In this document: positions 38,792-50,400 of the stretch, piece by piece | Layout: each line of letters starts with the position of its first letter | Numbering within the stretch: position 1 is the stretch's first letter | Translations under genes and position numbers: made by a program | Notes under the pieces: generated by a model | What the model saw: the letters and a program-made list of their open reading frames with translations, nothing else | The model's database searches: none | What the model was told of the DNA's origin: nothing | NCBI GenBank assembly: GCA_009103225.1 | Contig: RHPI01003389.1 | Coordinates: 496,001-560,000, forward strand | Source of the DNA: Chlorokybus atmophyticus | Lineage: Eukaryota; Plantae; Mesostigma and Chlorokybus algae | DNA length: 64,000 bases | Direction of reading: 5' to 3'

Positions 38792-41700
38792 GAGGGTCCC
38801 TATTTGGCGCATTTTTTGGGTGTTAAGGGTTTAGCGGGCGCGTTAAATAGTACTTGGCGGCAAAGTTTATATGTTTCTGATTGCTTAGGACCTAGGCTAC
38901 ACGAGGGTATTTTTATTTATTTTTTGGGTTGAGGGTAGCTCATGCTATAGCGCGCCAAAGTTAGGGGTGGCCTTGACACCTAAATTGTGCATACGCTAAT
39001 TTGGCCACTTCACAACGCCTGTCTAGGCGTGACAGGCAGTATTGATGTGTGAGGTTGATGGCGGCTGTCAAAGGCAGGGTTGCAGCCAATTGCTGTGCGT
39101 TGGCAGGCTCTAAGGCAGGCTGTGATGCAGGCGGTTGGCTGTTGATAGCTATCGTGGTTGGCGAGAGCTTTTGCCGCTACAATAGCCCGCCTTGGTTGTT
39201 GTCATGTGCAAGGTTGTGGGCGCTATGAAGGGTTAGCGGGTCAGCGGCGGCGCTTTCGGTGTGTGAGGCCTTAAAGCTCACGGTATGTATGGCATGCCTC
39301 GTGCATGTTCATGAGGTGTGTGTGCACAAGTGCTTTGTGTCTGTGTATGTGTGTGTGGTTTGCTAGTTTCCTTGTTTGCTGGTTGCATGTATGACATGTA
39401 TGCGTGCATGCACAGTGTGTAAGGTGTGCGGCAAGTTGTTGCACACATTGCTGTTGTTAACTCTGTACAAGTAAGAGGTTTTCTCACTATTTGTCTGCCT
39501 GCAGCTGCCTCAGCCAAGCTTGAGATCTTTACGCCTGTTCTCCCTCCACTGTGCTTTTGCTTCTCTTCCCCCTTCCGTCACATACGACAACGGCGTCAGC
39601 ATCCTGCCAGCGAAGTCCTCCTCCCAATCCCATAGGGGTACTCCCCACTGATTGTTGCATTCCATGGCATTCCAAGTGTAGCACATAAGCAGAGCCTCCG
39701 CCTCCTGTATTGTCCTTTCCCGCTGATCTGCTGACATGTGAGCCGCTGCAGCAGCTGCTTCCTGCTCCCTTTGCTTCTCTGCTTTCGCTTCATGCTTTTC
39801 TTCATTCTTTTTCTGAGCTGCTGCACTCTTTTGCATGCGTTTCATGGCTGCCTGTTTCTTCCTCAGATCCTGCGCAGCTGCCTTCTCAACTGCCGCAGCG
39901 GCTTCCTTAGCCTTCTTCCGCTTGGCTTCTTCTTTGCGACCTGCTGCTGCTACCTCTCTATCTGCCCGAGCTTGTGCCTCCTTCTCCAACTTCGCAACAA
40001 TCTCATCATTGGTCAGCACACTGGAAACCACGCACCTTCTTCTTGCCCTTCTTCTTTGCTGCCTCTGCCTGCCCAACTTGTGTATGCGTTTGCCCATCTT
40101 GTTCCTTTGCTGCTTGCTCTGCGGGTGGGGTCTCCTCCTCAAGGTCAATGGCATCCAGCAAGCCCTTCATGGCTGGTGGGATGTTGGTGTCTTCTGGGTG
40201 TAATACTTGTCCAGCACGTTCTTGTTAAGTGGCTATAAACCATAAGCTCTAAAGCCACCCATAATGTTCGCGGGTGCGAGTCCTTGCAGCCAGGGGTTCA
40301 CCAGCAAGGACAAGAACTCGGCTCTAGACGGGTCTGAGTTGTATCTTGTTTCTTGTCTTGCTCTGTACTCTTTGCGATAAAACTTCTTTGAAAGGATGAA
40401 AGCAGCTAACATCCAAGACTTGCAGGCGATGTGTGGTGTGGGGTGGGAGCACAAGGATGTGGAGACCCTGTTGCATTGCGAAGCTGATCATGTCGCTGTT
40501 GTATCTGCTAACATGCCCATCCACCACCAAGAGAGCAGGGTTTATTGTGCTCACACCTTTGGGCACCTACTTCACAAGATGCTTGGTCCACCTGTCAAAG
40601 ATGTCTGTTGTCATCCACGCATTTTGTTGTTGCATAGCAAACACCGAGCCAGGTACTTTCACCCCAAATGCTCCGCGTTGTCTTGTGTCATGCGCTTCCC
40701 CTTCATGATGCTGAGGAGTGGGAAGGTGTAGCCAGCTCCTGATACTGCTGCCATAATGGTAATATGCTCTCTGGTTTCTATTGTGGCTGTTTGAGCGCAA
40801 CGTGCACCACTGCATAAACAGGTGACAGTCAGCATGCCGCACAGTAATTGCTATGCAAGTAATGCATTACCAAACATACTTGCCTCTCACAGATGCCTCG
40901 CTGGTTGTGCATGGTGGTGTCTGGCTCGACTCCCACCTCATCAGCAGAGTAGACGCGTTTTGGACCAACTCAACTCAAGTCTGCCACTACCTTCGCCAAA
41001 AAGTCAAATTAATGATAAACAACATCTCCATTCAAAGCACATCTACTGGCCTTGTCCAACGCCTCAGCCTTGCGGGAGGTGAGGTGCTTTCTTGCCTTGA
41101 AACCACGCTACCACTTCTTCCCAGGTATCCCTCTTACACACAGCTTGGCACGCTCATCTCCTGCTAACCTCTTCCTTGCTTCAATACACATTCCAGTCCA
41201 AGTCACCCCTCTCCCACACTGGTTGATCACAAACTGAGCAAGCGACTCCTCGTCCTCTTCATCAAACAGAGTAGCTGCACCAGCACCCTTACATGCAATT
41301 CACATGCATAAGCACATTCAGCACTTGCACATTGCACAAGCATTTACAAGCATTGCGCTCACTTGTACTTGTCGAGCAGGGCGGGATTGTCACAGTAACG
41401 GCGAAGGTTTGTCCTTGGGATGCCAAGATCAGACAGTGCCTCGCTGATGCTCATGCAGCCTTCGCTAATGCCGTGCACTACCCTCTAGATGTCTGGCATA
41501 TCGAGGACGTAGTTTCTGTAGCCCTGTCGTCCCTTGGCACGAGCAGGGGTCTTGGCTCTCACACGTTTGCCCTGTGTTGCCATGGTCAGCTGGCATGTTA
41601 TGCAAAGGGGTGTCTGAGCGGCCATGTCGCAATTATGCCAAAACGGTGCACACGAGCAAGCCACCCACCCTGCTTGTAGAGGCGACCATAGGTAGCAGCA

Positions 41701-42340
41701 GTCATGGTAAACAACAGCAGCAAACTGTTTATAATGCAATATTAAAACGTGTGCAACTCTGCCTGCCTTACACACGCACTACTTGCATGCCATTTCCCTC
41801 ACCTCACCTATGCTGCATCCTTGACCAACTTGCCTTACCACACAGTTGCAGCAACAAAAACTCTGCCAGACAAACTCACAATGTCTACACAAGCACGCCA
41901 CAGCAACCAACACCCTCCCCCCCGCCCGTATGAGTAATACCCACCACTTAGGCACACTCCAAAAAGCTTATGCATTGCTTGCGAAACGTGTCACATGTAA
42001 CTTTTGCAATTCATATTGTAATTATACAAAATTTGAGAATTAAGCTGTGTATTGCCTCAGTAACACGTCGCAAAAACCCCTTTCCATTTACTCTTCGTAC
42101 GCAACAATAATTAACTACCAACATGCGGCACTAGATCGAGGCAGCCCAACACATGCTGTACCGCTCTTTCAAAGCTCCCGCCACATTTATCCGTTTGCCT
42201 TGAAAGTTGGTTTGAGGGTGTATTACACTTGCTATCTACCTAACCTATAAGTTTGACCGCGATTGCCTAAGGGAATCACAAGATAACCGCCAAAAACCGC
42301 GTTTTGGCCAAATACGGGCGAGTGGCCAACTAGGGACCCC
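38792..42340 (-). mobile_element. Decayed pogo/Fot1-like DNA transposon
   Basis: Imperfect TIRs: TA|GAGGGTCCCTATTTGGC at 38792 and GCCAACTAGGGACCCC|TA ending at 42340. Encloses the transposase below. Boundaries are less certain than the transposase call. Confidence 0.65.
39510..41583 (-). pseudogene. pogo-family DDE transposase pseudogene
   Basis: psq-type HTH (YRNYVLDMPDI*RVVHGISEGCMSISEALSDLGIPRTNLRRY), CENP-B-type HTH (DEEDEESLAQFV...KKW*RGFKARKH), DDE_1 core LLVVDGHVSR...LPPHTTHRLQVLDVSCFHPFK, basic coiled tail; in-frame stops; apparent introns. Confidence 0.88.
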
Positions 42341-42651
42341 CTACCCTAACCTCCTCCAGCTGGTTGGGCCAGTCTCAAGCCACCCCTTCTGCCGTGACAC
42401 TGTGAAGTTCACCGTCATGAGCCAGCAACTATCGCTGTCAGCCTTCCGCGGTCTGTAGCGCCGCAGCCAATTGGAGAGGAGCAGAAGAAGTCCACGCTAT
42501 TGTGCGCGTCACACTGCCTAACTGCATGTGTCACACTCACACGTAAGCACTGTCCTGAGCACGGAGCACGTCGGTTCGTGGTCCGCGGCATTGGCGACGG
42601 CGGCGGCGGCGGTGTCGGCGGCATTGGCGTCCTCCAGGCCCGCGTCTCGTC

Positions 42652-45597
42652 ATGGACGCAATTGCATTCCTCGTGTGGCTGGTGGCTGGGTTCTTCTTGC
42701 TCAGCAGCCTGAGCACAGCATGGCGCTACAGGTCGGCTGCGGGCAGCTGTGCTTGCAGCTCTGCATGTGCGTGTGGGTCAAGTCTTCACGGTCATTGTCC
42801 TCGCCGTCGTCATTGTTTTGATCGTTCTTGTATGCCGTGTCTAGGCCTGGGGTGCACAGGGGCCCCCCCGTGCTGCCCGTCGTCGGTCACGCCCACCTGG
42901 TCGTCTTCCACATGCTGCGCGGCTCCTTACACGACTGGATCGCCGCCGAGTGCGCCGCCGCTCCCGCCGGCGCCTGGACGCTTGTCCTGCCAGGATTGGG
43001 CTCAGGCACTCCTTGGCAGGCATGTGTGCATTGGCAATGCAATATTGTCACAGGCATTTGTAGCTGAGCTGAATGTCACATCTTGTCAGTCACTGGTTAC
43101 ACGCAGCAGGTTAGTTACTACCTGAGTGATGAGTCATAGTACTGACTCAGCTGAACACAATGAACAGCACACGTTTGCGTGACTATGCAGCCAATGCATG
43201 CAGGGTCAGCAATACGTGCATTGCGGGTCACACCACTAAGTACTGACCATAGGCGTTGTTCGAACAAGTGCAAATGCAGCTGTTCATTTTAACACACCCA
43301 GTTTGTCGTTTACTTCACAGAGGCTGAGTCGGCTATTCATTCCTTCACTTCGGTACCACATCATATCGGACGTGCCTTCGGTGGAGCGCGTGCTCAAGAC
43401 CAACTTCGCCAACTATCCTAAGGGCCAACTCTTCCATGACATGCAGGTGTGGCTCGCTGTTCTTGTAATTGTTACGTGTCTGTAACTCATACCTCCCTCG
43501 AAACCCAAAACGCTGCATTGGCTTGCAGAAGGACGTGTTGGGTGACGGTATCTTTGCGGTGGATGGAGAAGCATGGAAGGCGCAGCGCAAGGCGGCCAGC
43601 TACGAGTTCAGTCATGCGAATCTGCGGGAGTTCACCGCCAAGGTGTTTGCGCATCACGCAAAGGTGAGTTGGCAAGCTTGTGCACGTTGTCAAGAATAAC
43701 ATAACACGTGTGAAATCAGATTGTTGCGGACAATGTTGCCATGATGGCCAAGAGTGGCGAAAGTTTCAACCTCCATGACCTGTTTGGCCGGTACACATTT
43801 GACAGGTGAGTGCACACGCATGCATGCGCATGCTCACGCGCGTTCAGTGGATGGCAACACACAACTTTGAGTCAGTGGGGTCATGTCTGCCTCGTGTTCA
43901 ACCAACACTACCCACCAACAGCATACTGAAGATTGGTTTTGGTACGGACGTTAGCACGCTGAGTTCGTTTCCACCAACAACCAAAGCTGGCACCAGCAAC
44001 AATGCCAGTAAGCCCGTGTAAGGCTGTCGTACACATGCTCTGCGCTAACACACTGTTTATCACATGGCGTCCCACCCTTATACTCTCTCCATCACCCCAG
44101 CCTTGTCATTGCTGAGTGCCTTTGACGCCACGCTTCAATGTGGCTACATGAGGTTCTATTACGCGGACTTCTACCCGCTGTTGCGCGCGCTGAGCATCGG
44201 GCCGGAAGGGCGCATGGCCAAGGCGTCTGCGGTTGTCAACGAGTTCTCTTACGGCGTGGTGAGGGCACGCAGGGCTGAGCTGGTGCACGCACCGGATGCC
44301 GTGCATGCGCGACATGACCTGCTTTCCAGGTAGGTAGAGAGAGTGCATGTATGTAACCATGTGCGCATGTGCATGTGCGTGCGCGTGTGCTTAGGTACGA
44401 GTGTGCTTACGCACACATGTGCATTTGTGCATGCGCATACATGTGTGCGTGCATGTGTATGTTTGTGTGCGCGCGCGCTGTGTGTTGTGGTCCTGTAGGG
44501 CACACAGACACATAAAGCTTTACACACAATCAACGCTGTGGCGTCGCAGGTTCATACTCCTTGCCAATGGCAACGGCGATGATCGGTACCTTCGTGATAT
44601 AATCATCAATTTTGTGGTCGCCGGGCGTGATACAACTGCTTCAGCACTGTCATGGATGTTCTACATGATCACGCAGGTACTTCGTGCATATTGGCTCTCA
44701 AAGCCTATAACACTTCCGGTGGTTGACATGTTGTGTGCAGCATCCTCACGTTCAAGAAGAGATAGTCACTGAGCTAGAGCGAGTTGTGGGCACCGACGTG
44801 GGCACGCCGCCAACATATGTACAGCTACATCAATGCCACTACTTGCATGCATGCTTTTCTGAGACACTCCGGCTCTACCCTTCAGTCCCGCTCGACAGCC
44901 ACGTCGCCCTACACGTATGTGCATGCAACCCACGTGTACTCTACACAATTACTTTACGATCACACGCGTGCATATGCACCCTACGCGCGCGCACGCACCC
45001 ACCAGCGCACAAACAAACAAGCATCTGCACACACATACACACGTGTTGCGCTTGCGCAGGATGACGTGCTGCCGAACGGGCTGAAAATGGACGCGGATGA
45101 GCACGCGACATATTCGTCGTACGCAATGGGGCGAGCGCCGTGGGTTTGGGGCAAGGATGCGGCTGAATTCAGACCCGAGCGCTGGCTCGCGAACGATGAA
45201 GCCACCGGCACGCGTGTGTTTCAGAACCAATCGCCCTTCACTTTCACCGCGTTCCATGCGGGCCCGCGGCTGTGCCTTGGCAAAGACATGGCCTACGTTG
45301 AGGTGGGTTTGTGTATACACCGTAACCAGCAACGCTTTTGTGCAATGCATCATGTGCTCATACGCTCACAATATTCCTTGTGCGTGTGTGCCCCTTGTCG
45401 TGTGCTACATAGTTACAGGTAGAGATGATTTCTTATATGTGTGATTGTTGCAGGCCAAAACAGCTGCTGCGCTGCTTTTGCGCAAGTACAACTTCACGCT
45501 CGCAACGGACTACAAGCGGCCGGTGCCCGAGCTTAACTTTGTGCTTGGCATGCGCAACGGCCTGCATGTTGTGGCAACACCGAGGGTGTGTCGCTGA
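42652..45597 (+). CDS. Cytochrome P450, CYP86 clan (CYP704/86/94-like fatty-acid hydroxylase), multi-exon
   Basis: N-terminal TM anchor, GPPVLPVVG, VLKTNFANYPKG, LGDGIFAVDGEAWKAQRK, I-helix FVVAGRDTTASALSW, ETLRLYPSVP, FRPERW, heme motif FHAGPRLCLGKDMAY. The exon 2 donor is uncertain. Confidence 0.92.
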
Positions 45598-46120
45598 GCC
45601 GCGCGTCATCATGTGCCATCTTTCTGTTGCCGCACGCAAGCACAACACAGAGCAACAACAATGGTTGTATATAGGTTGTGTAGAACATACATTAAACCGC
45701 TTCTTTCATTTTCAATAACTAACTATGCTACAATAAGGCAATCAGGGCTTCCAGTATGCATGTCTGTTGTAGTGGGTCGTAGACCATGAGTTTCACTTGT
45801 AGTCCGCACCAGCAAGAGTCTGTGCCCATGAGGTGCTGGTGGTTGCGATTAATACGCAATTAGCAGCAACATGTGCCATTCTGGCCGGACATGTTCAAAG
45901 CTGGTAGCTGGAGTACCAACTCTATAACATGTGAATGGCCTGCTTTTGCTACTGAAGCTTCCAAACAAAATTGGGCCCTTGCACGCATCCTGCCCTACCG
46001 TGTGCTGTACTGTGCTGTGCGGGGTGCGTGCATGTTCACAACACCGTGTTACCATGCGGCTGCTCCAACCTCAGAGAACCCCGTGATACACAGCTCCTCT
46101 TATAACAGAGATGTTGCCAC

Positions 46121-46480
46121 TCAACACTCCTCAGACCCAAACTCCATCCCAGTGCCCACCCGTCCCCTCGCACCCTTCTCGCCCTCTCCCGCGCAAAGCA
46201 CGCACGCCACGCAGCCCTTCCCCCCGCAGGCTTTGCACCTTGCATGCGCAACAACCTCGTTTGCAGTGTTCACATCAACAACCAGCAACCCTCCCCAAGA
46301 AGCAAACCCTCTTACCTGGCGAGCCCGATGATGCCGCCCACCCCCGCACCCCCGGGCCGCGTGAGCGCACGCCCTTCACCCTCGCACGCAGCGCACGCAT
46401 GCCAACCACGTCCCACAGCGCACAACGGACAGAACTCTCTGAAGCTGCTGCTGTGTGTAGTTGGGTGTGTAAGTGTCTGT

Positions 46481-46547
<67 letters not shown>

Positions 46548-46945
46548 GCATGTGTGTGTACAGGATATACAGAATGCTAATGCGGACATCTCGGGGACAT
46601 GCAAAACCGACCCTTACCTATCCGCTGTGGATAGAGTTGATGTCACTGTGGTTGCTTTGCATCGTCGCAAGCCGGGCTCCCTGTATCTTGGGTGGTAGCC
46701 TGGTGGTGAGACGTTTGTTGCAGTGAAACAACTTTGTGCATGCCATGTCCAACAGCCACGTAGAAAAGCGCATATATAACTCTGTCACAGGTTATGCTTA
46801 TACACAAAACCCTTCAAGTCAGCATGTTTTCATGATTGGCTGTTCCGAAAAGCCACATCAATCAAGCTGAATTCAAGCACTCCCCTTTACCATTGCACAT
46901 TGAATCTGTCCAACAAGGGGACAACACGCTGGCGGCCGTCGACAT
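46121..46945 (-). CDS. Small DnaJ-type zinc-finger protein (four CxxC repeats, no J domain), probably plastid-targeted
   Basis: Exons 46891-46945, 46618-46699, 46316-46438 and 46121-46238 join in phase through GT-AG introns: MSTAASVLSP...RRCKATTVTSTLSTADREF-CPLCAVGRGWHACAACEGEG...RCKACGGKGCVACVLCAGEG...EEC*. Confidence 0.8.
46481..46544. repeat. (CA)5(GA)27 compound microsatellite in an intron
   Basis: Read directly. Confidence 0.9.
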
Positions 46946-47427
46946 TGGCCCACTACCGCCGCCGCCGCCGCCGCCGCCGCTGTCACATCAGCAACATGCT
47001 GCGTAATAGCCACTGGGCACTTTTGCTTATAACGAGGGAAACGAGGCAATGTTTCTGTATTTTACCACTATGAGATTGTGATGGTGAAGCACATGACATC
47101 ACGACTTTGCTTTACACACTGTTCCGCCTTCACATTCAATAACCTCGCCACGTGCACGCTCCAAGTTGGTGTTATCCATCAGCATGTGGTCGCTATATAG
47201 TTAGCTGACCAGAAATAGACTGATGAGAAAGGACAGCAGCTTGTGTCAGCTGATGAGTTGATGGCCACATGCAAGCTTGCCACTATGCACAAGTTCCATG
47301 CTTGCAGGTCTCCGCAACCAGCATATATAGCAGCGAATATTCCATAGAGCTGTGTACATTGGAGTTGATAAACAAGCGCGATGCCCACAGCCAGGCACGC
47401 AATAACTGTACAGAATCCATCACCACA

Positions 47428-50400
47428 TTACACATCACTAAGTGTCACTTCACACTGTTTCCGCTTCAACTTATCTTCCCACTCCGCCTCTCTCTCCCTC
47501 CACTTCCTCTCCCACTCCCCATTAACCCTCCTCATCTCCCCTTCCACCTCCCTACTCCTCCTCTCTTCCAGCTCCTCCGCCGCCAGCTTCGCCCGCGCGA
47601 GCTCCCTCTCTATCGACGCCACGTACGTCGCGGTCGCGGTGGATTGCTGCAGCCTCTCGCACTCGGCGGACTTGCGCTTCAGCTCCGCTCTTGTTTCGGC
47701 TGCTGATGCGGCTTCGGTCCGAGCACGCTCGTCTGAATGCTCGCATGAGACCAACAGCTCCGTAACACGCCTCTCCGCTTGCTCCATCGCCTGCAAAGCA
47801 ACAATCCGTTGGAATACGCGTGTACCCAACAACTCACTTCAATCCAGTCTTTAGTGTTGCATTCTCAATTCAACCTGTGCATCGCTCCATGACCACAGCT
47901 TGTCACCTCACTTGGTGTACATCATTGTACGGATGCACGCAAGTATTCAAGTGCCCATTTATTGCGTCATTGACCTCACTGCCCATGCATGTGACCAGTC
48001 ATGCAACCATCAAAGCGTCCTTCCTCACCTCACGTTTGGCCGCCTGCACGCGTTCCATGGTCGCTGCCTCCCATATGGACCTCTCCTCAGCATGCCGCAA
48101 ACACTGCATTGTTCATATCTGGTCACAAACTTTTCACCGCAACCCCAACAAACCAGCAACTCCAGCGAATAACGTGAAATCGCGCTCACCTCTTCCTCCA
48201 GTGCCTTGCATGCAGCCCGCCACTCCTCCTTCGCCTCCCTCACGCGCTCCTCGCTGATCTCCGCCCCACGCGTCACGCCCTCCGCGCGCGCAGCCTCCAG
48301 CTGAGTGCGAGCAGAAGTGTGCGTTGTGTTTCACGCGCGCAGGTACACGCACGAGCTGATGCGTGTGTGTAAGCTGGAATTGGCAAGTATGAATTTTGAG
48401 ATCACTACACAAACAGCCGTTGTATGTATGTGTGCACCACCTGCGCGTCCTTCTCCCGCTCCCACACCGCCAGCTCCTCCCTGATGACGCCCTCGCTGAG
48501 GAGCCGCTCAAGAAGAGCCGTATCACTCTGAACCTACGAGTGATGTATGCATCAATACTTCACGCTGTTGAAGCATAGATCGATAAGACAACCTGTTGCC
48601 ATGCATGTTGTGACTACATAGCCATTTACCAAGAATCAAAATTGCGTATCATATCAGGTCTGGTAACCTATACATGTTGGTGTGTATACTGTTGCATATG
48701 CTGGCGGATACGGCAACGCTCAAGTCACCTGGAGAAGTTCTGTGGCCTTTTGGTGTGTAAGTGTCTCAACCGTCTCGCGCACATGCGCCTCCCACACACC
48801 CCGCGCGGCGGCGATGCCCTCCTCGCGCGCACCCACAATTTCCAGCAGCTTGTCCGTCTCCCACCCTCGCCTCTACACGCCATGTGGGGTGCACTCACGA
48901 AGGTGGATACCACATGTGTGCATGCAACCACACGTTGACACAACATAGTACCTGTGTTTCGGCCTCGGCCTTGAAAGCGCCTTGCGTTGCAGTCAAAGCC
49001 TCGTTGTGGCCTCGCCTCTGTGCGGGTAAGATATTGGTGTGTGTTTAGTTGTTGTACAGGTGGCAATGTTGTGTTTCTTCTCCCTCCTCACCTCTGCTTG
49101 GACAACGCTGTCCATCTCGATCACAGCACGCATGCCCGCAGCGCATAACCGCGCAAGCGTGGCATTGGTTCCCTCATTCCAATGCTGTTGTTGTTGCCTA
49201 CTCGCGTGCTCAGATGCAACATCTACTCTTGCGTCAGACACAACACTCGCCATGCCTTGAACAAAACCCGCAGCCGTTTCCGCACCCACTGCTCGCAGCC
49301 GTTTCAGCAGGCCTTCCGGCAGCTCAGTCAGCATAGCTTCCTCTCTGCAAAAGGCCAAAGCCTCTTCCAGCTCGTTTAACCGCATCTGGGCAGATGCCAA
49401 CCGGCATTGCATTTCACTGACGGCTTCCTCAGTTACTGTCTGACCGGCCAAATGGAACCGCAATAACTGGCATTCTTCCTCTAACTCGGTCAACCGGGAA
49501 CTGCGGTTGTCCACTTCGCCACGTAACTGACCGATCTCTTCCTGCAAAGACATGTTCGCAGTTGCTTTCTCGGCTAGTGTCTGCTCCAAAGCAGTGGAAT
49601 CTTCATCCCGCGACCGAAGCTCGCCCCTAAGCTCCTCAACTGCACATGGTTATCACGGGTTAATGACACAGACACACTCGCATCCACGTACAGATGTCTG
49701 CGCACACACGCATGCGCACGCCCACGCGCACGCATATGCATGCGTGCAGGCACGGGCACAGGCACAGGCACGCACACCACGACCACGACCATGACCACCA
49801 CCACCACCACCACCACCACAACGATGACGACAGCACAGACACACAAGCACGCGGTTATACCTTGACACACAAGCGCACGCATGTGCGGGCATACGACAAC
49901 AACCGTCACACTCACTGGCGTTATGGAGAGTGCGTGCCTCCTCTTCACCCTCTTCAAGCCTCTGCTGCTGTCTGAACAGCTGTCGCTTCAGCCCGGCCAC
50001 CATATTAACCTGCAGGAATGGTGAGCTTACTACGCCACATCACCGCCCCCAACAGCTGGCCCATCGAAATTGGAAACATTCCACTTACTGCCTTTGCGCT
50101 GATGCGCTCCTCTGTCTCGCGCATCCGCTCAGCCTCTGCCACTGCCGCTTGTATGCTCGCCTGCCAACTCAACTGGTCACACATAACTCACACTCACACA
50201 CGTGCTCACAACATTGTTGTTAGCGAGCACTGCCCACCTGAAGTTCTTCGTTCACCGCGGTCAAGCGCTGAACCTCACCATCTTTGCTCGCCAGCTGACA
50301 GGGGCGACAACACGTACACACATACACTTGAGTCAATTGTGATCTGGCTTACAAACAATCAGCTGCTAAGCACGCTCACCTTCTTCACCAACTTGCTGCT

